Positions 52,607-60,969 of a stretch of DNA of 64,000 nt are shown here, piece after piece. The position numbers were made by a program, and so were the translations under genes. Source of the stretch: Pseudomonadota bacterium (GTDB lineage: Bacteria > Bdellovibrionota_C > UBA2361 > OMII01); contig JAYPVM010000002.1 of assembly GCA_038134595.1 (NCBI GenBank), positions 32,001-96,000 on the forward strand. Reading direction: 5' to 3'. Numbering within the stretch: the stretch's first letter is position 1; each line of letters begins with the position of its first letter. The notes beneath the pieces are model-generated. The model was given only the letters and a program-made list of their open reading frames with translations. It searched no databases and had not been told where the DNA came from.

Positions 52607-53038
52607 CTAAAAAAGGGAGAGAAATGATGAGTGTTCTAAAAACTCCCGATCAACGGGGAGTATTTTTGTCATAGGGAGTTGGTCCTTTGCAAACCAGTGC
52701 ACAGCTAGAACGTCGTCATTATTGCCATTGGTGGGCGGATTCTGAGAGCTTTGAGCAACTAGAAAGTAGATATGCATGAGTTGCTCGTGTGGATATTCCG
52801 GATTTTGCTGAAATTTCTGAGAGCAGAAAAGGAGCCTCTCCACCGTGATGCTGAGTCCCGTCTCTTCCGTAAACTCTCGTTGAATCGCATCGATGGGATT
52901 CTCTCCTAATTCCAAGCCACCTCCTGGAAAGTTTATGATTGAGCCTGACGGCACGTTTGTTTCGGTCATCAGCACCTTTTCGTCTTGAAGGAGCACTCCA
53001 TATAGGGCAATTCTAAAAGTTGAAACGTTTACAACCAT
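52607..53038 (-). CDS. NUDIX hydrolase
   Basis: Nudix box 'PGGGLELGENPIDAIQREFTEETGL'. Confidence 0.92.
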   Translation of the reverse strand: MVVNVSTFRIALYGVLLQDEKVLMTETNVPSGSIINFPGGGLELGENPIDAIQREFTEETGLSITVERLLFCSQKFQQNPEYPHEQLMHIYFLVAQSSQNPPTNGNNDDVLAVHWFAKDQLPMTKILPVDREFLEHSSFLSLF

Positions 53039-53200
53039 CTTCTTCCTGTTCTGGTTAATTGTTAGTGCGCAATCTGTTTGCTTTGATAGTATATCGGATA
53101 GGGGCTGCTTGACGAGCCTCTTGTATATAACTGCGATACATTGATGCTAGTCGCTCATAGTGCGTCTAGTTGTAATGTTGAAGCTAGGTTGAAAGGTGCC

Positions 53201-54202
53201 ATGAAGATAAGAAGTGTTATTCGCTCTGTAGCTCATTATGTGCCTTCGCGTCGTGTTACAAATGATGAGCTTGCTCTGTATATGGACACTACAGATGAAT
53301 GGATCCGCGAACGAACCGGTATTAAGGAGCGGAGGTTTGTTGAGGATTCGTCGGTATCAACGACAGATTTGGCAGAGGCGGCAGCCAAAGATGCCTTGGC
53401 TCGCGCGGGATGGCAAGCTAAAGAGGTAGATCTCATAATTGCTGCAACGCTATCTCCTGATTACTATTTCCCCGGGATAGGGGTCTTGCTTCAGAAGCGA
53501 TTAGGTTGTGGACCGATACCTGCGCTTGATGTGCGAGCACAGTGTAGCGGTTTGGTCTATGGATTGGCGTGTGTGGATGGGTTTATCAAGAGCCTCCAGG
53601 CTAAGAAGGTTCTTTTGGTTTGTGCAGAGGTGCAGTCTCCGGTGCTTGATTTGTCAACGAGGGGTCGTGAAATGGCCGTGTTGTTCGGTGACGGAGCAGG
53701 AGCGCTTTGTATTGAGGCCTCTGAAGAAGGAGACCGAGGGATCCTCGATACAGTATTAGGGAGCGATGGTCGGGGAGCCGATGTTCTGTGTATGAAGTTA
53801 CCGGGGACAGCAACGCCCGGATTTATCACCGAAAGCCATTTCAAAGACGCACAGGTGCACCCCTTTATGGACGGGAAAGTGGTGTTTAAAAACGCCGTAA
53901 CCAGGCTATTGGAAACAGCCACGTCTATTTTACGGCGGAATAGATTATCGCCGGATGACATCGATTTACTCGTTCCTCATCAGGCAAACATGAGAATTAA
54001 TGAAATGGTGCGGACGCAATTGGGGCTACCCGAAAACAAAGTTTTCAATAATATTGAGCGGTATGGAAATACCACCGCGGCAACGATACCTATCTGTCTT
54101 TCGGAAGCTGTTGCTGAAGGTCGGTTGCGGGAGGGTATGACGGTTGTAACGCTGGCTTTTGGTGCTGGTTTCACTTGGGGTGGTAATTTAATTCGATGGT
54201 AG
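53201..54202 (+). CDS. fabH: Beta-ketoacyl-ACP synthase III
   Basis: 'WIRERTGI.ERR', catalytic Cys 'AQCSG', His 'PHQAN', Asn 'YGNT', 'FGAGFTWG'. Confidence 0.93.
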   Translation: MKIRSVIRSVAHYVPSRRVTNDELALYMDTTDEWIRERTGIKERRFVEDSSVSTTDLAEAAAKDALARAGWQAKEVDLIIAATLSPDYYFPGIGVLLQKRLGCGPIPALDVRAQCSGLVYGLACVDGFIKSLQAKKVLLVCAEVQSPVLDLSTRGREMAVLFGDGAGALCIEASEEGDRGILDTVLGSDGRGADVLCMKLPGTATPGFITESHFKDAQVHPFMDGKVVFKNAVTRLLETATSILRRNRLSPDDIDLLVPHQANMRINEMVRTQLGLPENKVFNNIERYGNTTAATIPICLSEAVAEGRLREGMTVVTLAFGAGFTWGGNLIRW

Positions 54203-54217
54203 GAAAGAGAGGGTACG

Positions 54218-55465
54218 ATGAGTGATAGAGGGTTGTTTTTAGAACGTTACGCACGATTGCTAGTAAAGCATGGAGCCAATGTTCAGGCTGGTCAGATAGT
54301 CAACATTTCAGCTGAGGTGATTCATCGTGATTTTGCATACATGGTGGCGCAAGAGGCTTATAGAGCTGGGGCGGCATCTGTTATTTTGGATCTGGCCGAA
54401 CCTAGGCTGCAAAAATTTAAACTCGACTCTGTGAAGCAGGAGTTTCTCGGTGTGGTACCAAATCATGTTCCAGCCAAGTACCAGCAGATTTTGGATGACG
54501 GTGGAGCGACCATTAAAATCATAGGGCCGGAATATCCCTTATTGTTGGCCGATGTTGCGCCAAAGCGTGTAAATGAGGAGCGGAAGGCGTTCTATCAAGC
54601 GGTGAAATCTTTCTATGAAGAGGGGATCGGTAAGTCGAGGGTTCACTGGACTATTGGTGCAGCAGCGACCCCTGGATGGGGACAACGAGTATTTCCCGAG
54701 CTTTCACCTGATGAGGCAGAAGATGCCTTGTGGAATGCGATTTTTGCTATAGTGCGGGTAGACCGACCTGATTTCTTAGAGGTCTGGAAATCGCATAATG
54801 ACACATTGCATCGAAGGGCGCGAGCGCTCAATGATCTCGAGATTGAGAAGTTGCATTTCGTGGGTCCGGGAACAGACTTGACCGTCTCTTTAGATAAAAG
54901 AGCTCGATTTAAGGGTGGAACCGATATTGGACCGCACGGCGAGCCCTTTGAGCCTAATATTCCTACCGAGGAGTGTTTTACTACCCCGGATTATAGGAAG
55001 ACTTCAGGGGTGGTTCGAGCAACGCGACCGTTTTTGGTAAACGGGGTCTTAATAGAAGGGCTTACAATGACCTTTGAAAATGGAGAAATCGCCTCGTTTG
55101 ATGCGGCCAAAGGTCGCGAGACTTTTGAGGAATATTTAAGTTCCGATCCCGGAGCTAGGAGGCTGGGAGAGGTTGCACTTGTTGGTATAGATTCGCCAGT
55201 ATTTAAAAGTGGAAGGGTCTTCGAGGAGATTTTGTTTGACGAGAATGCCGCATGTCATATCGCTGTTGGATCGGCTTATAAATTTTGCCTAGATGGAGGT
55301 AGCGATTTATCAAAAGCGGAGCTTGGCGAGATAGGATGTAATGAAAGTTCGGTGCACACGGACATGATGATTTCAGATGAGCATGTTTCTGTCACAGCGC
55401 ATACGTATGCGGGGGAGGAGGTCTGTTTGATACAAAACGGAGAGTGGCAAGGAAGCTTTCGCTAG
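54218..55465 (+). CDS. M29-family aminopeptidase (AmpS/PepS/aminopeptidase T)
   Basis: 'NIPTEECFTTP', 'LGEVALV', 'LFDENAACHIAVG.AY', 'N.S.VHTDMM'. Confidence 0.93.
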   Translation: MSDRGLFLERYARLLVKHGANVQAGQIVNISAEVIHRDFAYMVAQEAYRAGAASVILDLAEPRLQKFKLDSVKQEFLGVVPNHVPAKYQQILDDGGATIKIIGPEYPLLLADVAPKRVNEERKAFYQAVKSFYEEGIGKSRVHWTIGAAATPGWGQRVFPELSPDEAEDALWNAIFAIVRVDRPDFLEVWKSHNDTLHRRARALNDLEIEKLHFVGPGTDLTVSLDKRARFKGGTDIGPHGEPFEPNIPTEECFTTPDYRKTSGVVRATRPFLVNGVLIEGLTMTFENGEIASFDAAKGRETFEEYLSSDPGARRLGEVALVGIDSPVFKSGRVFEEILFDENAACHIAVGSAYKFCLDGGSDLSKAELGEIGCNESSVHTDMMISDEHVSVTAHTYAGEEVCLIQNGEWQGSFR

Positions 55466-55511
55466 GAAAATGTAGCCCAGAGGGATGAATGCGTTGCAGT
55501 GGCGGTAAGCG

Positions 55512-56357
55512 CTATCTAATCCCTTGTTTACTCGTTAGTGTACACGAAATGGTTACTGACTCTGTTTTAAGCCCCGCTTCTATATCTGAAAGAAATTGCT
55601 CGAATGAGTAGTCGACAGCTGTATTGTTCTCGCTAATTTTGGCGATATTGGTCGTAACGGGTCGCTTTAGCGAGTCAAAGTTAGTAGGTTTGTTTGCCGC
55701 GTCTTCAGAAATTGGATGGACTTCTAGGAAGATGCGTCCACCACTTTTAAGTTCCCAGAGGTAGTTTAGAGAGGTTTTTGGTTTGAGAAATGCTAGTAGG
55801 GTGTTAGTGCCCTCGTGAGCGTTGTGCTCACTGGGCTCCATGCTAAAAAAATCTTCGATAGTCATGCGAGCGTAGCGAGTTGGATCAAATATTCTTGGAA
55901 TCGGATTGCTTATGGAGATTGATAAATCCGAGTGCGTAGTCTCCTGTTGAAAGTTCCATTCAAGCCGCACGAGACCACAGCGCTGGTTGGTTTCACTTAA
56001 GGCACCGTATTGAGTGGCATTTACGATAAGTTCTGAAAGTGCCCAACGGGTGTGTAGCTCGTAAATTTCGTTTTGCGTTCCGTATGCTGTGATAGCTTCA
56101 ATCCACTCGAGGGTGTTTTTTCTTATTCGATATGCATCAGAATCTTCACTTTCAGAGAGTGGTAAGGACATTAAAGGTTCAACGTAATTGTAATCAATCC
56201 AGAGGTCGCCTTTGGATAAGTCTTTGCCGGCAGGTGTGGTGTGCAAAGCATACCATTGGTGGGTCTGACTGGGGGAGGAGATGCGGCTTGTGGTGAGATC
56301 GAAGGCAGTGTTTGATGGTAGGCTGCTTAATGTCAAATCTAGATTTGAACAAATCAT
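55512..56357 (-). CDS. Hypothetical protein with a degenerate RsbW/HATPase_c-like segment
   Basis: GGAGG SD; N-box-like 'ALSELIVNATQYG'; no recognisable G boxes. Confidence 0.6.
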   Translation of the reverse strand: MICSNLDLTLSSLPSNTAFDLTTSRISSPSQTHQWYALHTTPAGKDLSKGDLWIDYNYVEPLMSLPLSESEDSDAYRIRKNTLEWIEAITAYGTQNEIYELHTRWALSELIVNATQYGALSETNQRCGLVRLEWNFQQETTHSDLSISISNPIPRIFDPTRYARMTIEDFFSMEPSEHNAHEGTNTLLAFLKPKTSLNYLWELKSGGRIFLEVHPISEDAANKPTNFDSLKRPVTTNIAKISENNTAVDYSFEQFLSDIEAGLKTESVTISCTLTSKQGIR

Positions 56358-56648
56358 GGCGGCTTCCTCCCAACTCTTAGTCGATAATAATCTACTTAAA
56401 ATACTCGATATAGATTCTCTCTGTTATGAGCCAAATTTTACTAGGTATTTTTCTGATAACAAAGAAAAAACAGGAGCTTAGGGCTAATGGATAAGCGAGG
56501 TGAAAGTGATGCGCCTTTATTTAATAAATAATTCCGATATGCTACGTCTTGTACGGAAGGCTTATAGCCGCGTTGTTTTCTTCCGAGACAGGAATAGGGG
56601 CGGCTAAGGAAGATCGAAAGAATCTGATTGAGAAGAATTATACGGGAC

Positions 56649-57395
56649 ATGGCGGACAAAAAGGCAGTAAAAGAATCGCTTGTAGAGTACTTGGTCCGTA
56701 CTGGTCTTAGTAATGACGTTGTTTCTGCACGGAAGGAGATTCTAGCTGGTCTAATACGTGTTGACGATGTGGTTGTTGATAAGGTGGGGGCTGTTGTCCG
56801 TTCGGCGAGTCGTATCGAGAAGATCGGTGCGAAAAAATACGTCAGTCGGGGAGCGCTGAAATTACAATCTGCGGTTGATACGTTCTCATTACCGGTTTCA
56901 GAGGCCGTGTGTGCGGATGTAGGAGCATGCACAGGGGGTTTCACCGAGGTGTTGCTTCAGCACGGAGCGCAAAAGGTGTTTGCGATTGATGTGGGTTATG
57001 GCAATTTAGATTGGAAGATTCGGTTGGATGCCAGAGTCGTCGTGATGGAGCGAACGAATGCTCGGCACATCGAGTCTCTGCCGGAGCCGGTCGATATCGT
57101 GGTTATCGACGTCTCCTTTATCTCGCTACGAGTTATTTTACCTGTGGTGGTCCAATGGATGAAGCCCTCAGGGCACGTGGTGGCTCTTATAAAACCGCAA
57201 TTCGAAGCTACTCGTGAGGAAGTATCGGCTGAGTCAGGGATAATCACCCATGAGTCGGTTCATGAGAGAGTTGTGGAAGAGATTGCGGCGTGTTTACCGC
57301 CGTTGGGGCTGGTTAAGCGATCTGTAATTGCCTCGCCGATATTAGGTGCCGAGGGCAACAAAGAGTTTCTGCTTTGGGCCTCACGTAACGACTAA
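56649..57395 (+). CDS. tlyA: TlyA family rRNA 2'-O-methyltransferase
   Basis: S4-like N-terminus, 'YVSRGALKL', 'DVGACTGGFT', 'DVSFISL', 'LIKPQFE', 'GNKEF'. Confidence 0.95.
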   Translation: MADKKAVKESLVEYLVRTGLSNDVVSARKEILAGLIRVDDVVVDKVGAVVRSASRIEKIGAKKYVSRGALKLQSAVDTFSLPVSEAVCADVGACTGGFTEVLLQHGAQKVFAIDVGYGNLDWKIRLDARVVVMERTNARHIESLPEPVDIVVIDVSFISLRVILPVVVQWMKPSGHVVALIKPQFEATREEVSAESGIITHESVHERVVEEIAACLPPLGLVKRSVIASPILGAEGNKEFLLWASRND

Positions 57396-57431
57396 AAAAC
57401 ACGTATTCCTCCTTCAGAATTAGTCTGAGAC

Positions 57432-57448
57432 TGCGACATTCTGTCGCA
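57432..57448. promoter_or_regulatory. Palindromic RegA/PrrA/RegR-type operator
   Basis: TGCGACA-TTC-TGTCGCA contains GCGAC-N5-GTCGC, about 100 nt upstream of the operon that ends in regB-regA. Confidence 0.65.
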
Positions 57449-57544
57449 TGGATTTATTTAGATTGTTTGGGTATATCGATAATACTTTTTTCGTAGTTAG
57501 GACTGTACGTGGAGCTTTGTATGAGAGGAAATAGTGGTAATCAG

Positions 57545-58615
57545 ATGCAGTATCGTTTGTGCCTTGTCGTAGTTTTCTGTGTCGTGGGTATTCTCTGGCC
57601 GTGTCGCAGACTTTGGGCGTGTGACTTGTGCGCTCTATACACTGCGATGCAGGTAGAAAGTCCTCAAAGCGGTACATTTCGGGCAAGCGCCTCTGAGCAG
57701 TATACGTTTCTGGATAAACTACAAAGAAATGGTAGCTATGTTCAAAACCAAGCCAATGAATATCTCAAGAGTTCCGTCGCTCAGGTTGCAGCACAGTATG
57801 ATTTTTCCGACTCCTTAGCATTACAATATGTACTACCGGTTATTTCGAGGTCTTTTCGTCGACTGAAGGACGGTAGTGTTACCAGTGGAAGCGAGTCGGG
57901 AGTTGGGGATATGAGCTTCTTGCTTCACTATCTTCCGGTGCGATATTCAGATGGTGAGATTACAGCGCGTGTACGGCTCTTTGCCGGACTCAAACTTCCG
58001 ACCGGAGATACCAGTCGGTTGGGTGAAGAATCGCACCACAGTATGTCATCTACTGAGATGTCTTCTCACAGCAGTATGGCAAGCAATACTCGTCCATACC
58101 ATAGTGAATCCGGGCATGGAGACTCCGATCATGAGATGCCTACACACGATGACGAGATGACTGAGAGCGGCATCCATAGTCATGACCTCACTTTGGGAAC
58201 TGGCTCGTGGGACCTTCCGCTCGGTTTTGGTATCACTACTCAGTATAAGCGGTTCATGGCAATGGCAGACGTTCAATACATGATTCGGTCAGAAGGGGCC
58301 TATTCGTACCGACATGCAAACGATTTGATATGGTCAACCGCGGTGGGAGGCTTTTTGTATTTAGATGATTCTCTTCAGATAGCTTCTCGGGCTCGTTTGT
58401 CAGGACAGTACAAGAATAATGACAGGGGAGCAGGCGGAGTTGAACACGATGGATCGGCGTTTAATGGGGTTTTTCTAGGCCCTGAGGTTAGTATCTCGTC
58501 GAGCAAGCGTATCCAGGCCGTGGTCGCGTTGGATCTGCCCGTAAATACCCACAATTCAGGACTTCAAATCACGCCGTCTTATCGCTGGCGCGGTGCCATA
58601 ACCTACCGCTTCTAG
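57545..58615 (+). CDS. Putative outer-membrane beta-barrel 'transporter' with N-terminal CxxC and a His/Met-rich loop
   Basis: Signal peptide ending LWA, 'CDLC', 'SGVGD', 'GLKLPTG', 'LGTGSWD' (MetA-pathway/SphA-like barrel motifs), His/Met-rich insert, C-terminal 'ITYRF'. Confidence 0.75.
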   Translation: MQYRLCLVVVFCVVGILWPCRRLWACDLCALYTAMQVESPQSGTFRASASEQYTFLDKLQRNGSYVQNQANEYLKSSVAQVAAQYDFSDSLALQYVLPVISRSFRRLKDGSVTSGSESGVGDMSFLLHYLPVRYSDGEITARVRLFAGLKLPTGDTSRLGEESHHSMSSTEMSSHSSMASNTRPYHSESGHGDSDHEMPTHDDEMTESGIHSHDLTLGTGSWDLPLGFGITTQYKRFMAMADVQYMIRSEGAYSYRHANDLIWSTAVGGFLYLDDSLQIASRARLSGQYKNNDRGAGGVEHDGSAFNGVFLGPEVSISSSKRIQAVVALDLPVNTHNSGLQITPSYRWRGAITYRF

Positions 58616-58734
58616 ATGCCTTTTTTGGGGAGTGACGGTGGTCGATTTATTTGGGGGGCTGTGATAGGCTGACGACTCAAGATTTTTTGAATGAGTGGCA
58701 CGGAATAGAATGCCATCACAGCGAGGTCTAGTCT

Positions 58735-60039
58735 GTGGAATCAGAGCACCACGAAATAAGCGATCGAGTAGTTGGCGATATTGAGATTCAAAGGCGCTGG
58801 TTGGTGAGGATTCGAGCCGTAGCATCAATTAGCCTGATAGCGATTTTTGCATTTATAGGTGTTTTCTTAGACACGGAGTTGTCGTGGCCAGTTGTTTCTG
58901 GAGTGGTATCGCTTGGTCTTGTATCTAACATCGCCCTTTCACTTCTCACGCTTGATAATCGGAATACATTTCTCTTTTTGGGTGGAATGGCGATCTTGTT
59001 AGATGTCGCACTTCTTGGTGTGTTGCTTTACCTGTCTGGAGGATATGCAAATCCCTTTAGTATGATGTTTCTTGCTTACATCATTCTGGCCGGTACAGTA
59101 CTTGATAGTCGTTGGACCTGGACTACGTACGTGGCATGTAGTGGTGGGTTTGTTGCCCTGTTTTTCTACCACGTGCCCGTCTCACAGCTTGCGATGCATC
59201 ACGGCGCACATTTTAATCAGAATAGAGATAGCGGTTTCTCCCTTCACCTTCACGGAATGTTAATTGCCTTTGTCGTTATTGGGGCGATTAGTTCGTGGTT
59301 TCTTACTCGTATGAACAGAGAGATGGGAGAGCAAGTAGAGACGATACAAACACTCCAAAAGGCTGAGTCCGACAGGCGTCGATTGCTATCGCTGGCAACA
59401 TTGACGGGCGGGGTGGCGCATGAACTTGCAACACCACTAGGAACCTTGTCACTTATCGCAGATGATTTGTGTGAGGCGTTAGGAAAAGAGCCGCGGTGGA
59501 GTGAAGATATGCAATCGCTCAAAAGTGAGCTCGCGCGTTGTTCGACGATCCTAGCAAGAATGCGGGGAACCAGCTCTGAGCTTCAGGGCGAGTTGTGTGA
59601 GAGGTTTTTGCTGTCAGAACTTATCGCAGAGGTCTCAGCGGAGGTGGCGGATGCTGGAGTGGTTGTTTTTGAGGGGGAGTTCGATCCCTCGTTAGAGTTG
59701 CGCTCTTTTCGTCGATCATTGATAGGCTCCATAATTGCTTTAATTAGAAATGGCTTACAGGCCTGCCAAATGGGAGCCAGAGTTGTCTGTACTATTGAAC
59801 ATGATGTAGAAGCGGTAATTTTTCGAGTTGTTGATAGGGGGCAGGGGATGTCTGAGCAAATTCAAAATCGTCTTGGAGAGCCGTTTTTTACCTCAAAAGC
59901 GCCAGGAGAGGGAATGGGGCTAGGAGTTTATTTGACGAAACTATTTGCAATGCAGGTTGGCGGAACACTTTCCTTTGTGTCCAGGCAAGGCGAGGGAACC
60001 GAAGCGAAGCTTGCAATTCCTAGGGTAGTACCATTATGA
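58735..60039 (+). CDS. regB: RegB/PrrB/ActS-family sensor histidine kinase
   Basis: About six TMs, quinone-binding 'GGYANPF', H-box 'AHELATPL', redox Cys 'ELARCSTIL', G boxes 'DRGQG' and 'GMGLG'. Confidence 0.88.
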   Translation: MESEHHEISDRVVGDIEIQRRWLVRIRAVASISLIAIFAFIGVFLDTELSWPVVSGVVSLGLVSNIALSLLTLDNRNTFLFLGGMAILLDVALLGVLLYLSGGYANPFSMMFLAYIILAGTVLDSRWTWTTYVACSGGFVALFFYHVPVSQLAMHHGAHFNQNRDSGFSLHLHGMLIAFVVIGAISSWFLTRMNREMGEQVETIQTLQKAESDRRRLLSLATLTGGVAHELATPLGTLSLIADDLCEALGKEPRWSEDMQSLKSELARCSTILARMRGTSSELQGELCERFLLSELIAEVSAEVADAGVVVFEGEFDPSLELRSFRRSLIGSIIALIRNGLQACQMGARVVCTIEHDVEAVIFRVVDRGQGMSEQIQNRLGEPFFTSKAPGEGMGLGVYLTKLFAMQVGGTLSFVSRQGEGTEAKLAIPRVVPL

Positions 60040-60554
60040 ACCAGTCTCTTCCAGATGTGATGGTGTGTGATGATGATGCTCCATTTCGACGGAGATTGGC
60101 GCGCTCGTTTCGTGATCGGGAGTACCGTGTATACGAGGCCGAAAGCGCCCGAGAGGGATTGGCGGTGTACGAAGAGTACCTTCCAAAGTGGGTAGTAGTT
60201 GATTTAAGAATGCCCGAAATAAATGGCTTGTGGTTAGTGGAGCAGATTTGTTCGAGAAGCGATGACGCCAAGATAGTTGTTTTAACTGGCTTTGGAAGTA
60301 TCCAGACTGCAACGCAAGCTGGAAGACTGGGCGCTATAAATTACGTAACCAAGCCAGCTTCCCTCGAGCAGATTATCTCGGCATTTTCGCCAGCTGGTCT
60401 CGAGATTGCTGAGGATGCGTATTCCTCACTTGCAGAAGTTGAGGCGGAATATGTACAACGCATCCTCGATCAATGTGACGGCAATGTATCTAAGTCAGCC
60501 AAAGTTCTTGGGCTTCACCGGCGTAGTCTACAAAGACTGCTGAAACGTTTGTAG
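60036..60554 (+). CDS. regA: RegA/PrrA/ActR-family response regulator
   Basis: REC domain 'VVLTGFGSI.TA' plus Fis-type HTH 'GNVSKSAKVLGLHRRSLQRLL'; ATGA overlap with regB. Confidence 0.92.
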   Translation: MNQSLPDVMVCDDDAPFRRRLARSFRDREYRVYEAESAREGLAVYEEYLPKWVVVDLRMPEINGLWLVEQICSRSDDAKIVVLTGFGSIQTATQAGRLGAINYVTKPASLEQIISAFSPAGLEIAEDAYSSLAEVEAEYVQRILDQCDGNVSKSAKVLGLHRRSLQRLLKRL

Positions 60555-60969
60555 GTTCGGCGAAGCTATCTCGGACCGGTCTGGATGTATATGTGCCCAC
60601 GTATCGCCGTGGTGGACATGTTTTTTGAGCGCGCAATTCTTCGTAGCGATTTAACGTAAAACATGAATTTTATATTGAGTTCGCACTTGTCGCGCAAAGT
60701 ATCGGAGTCTTGTTATGACATTCGTCATTTGTTTTGAGCGGATACTCATCTAGAACGTCTCTCGACGTGTGATGTCGTTTCTTTACAGCTATCGAGAGCG
60801 GTTGCGATCTGACTTGGAGTTCATTTGGTAAGTGTCAGAAGAACTCTGACGTTTTCATTAAATGAAAATCTCTTCGATCGTATCCGTGCTAGGAAGCACT
60901 TCTATTAGAGATAGTTGTTCTAAGTTTGTTCGAGGTCACATCGCATAGGGATATAACAAAGAGGGTGAC

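Noticed and set aside
60715..60728. ATGAC-ATTC-GTCAT palindrome as a second RegA box upstream of the integrase-fusion gene
   Set aside because: It lacks the GCG/CGC ends and the spacing is one base short; too weak to call.
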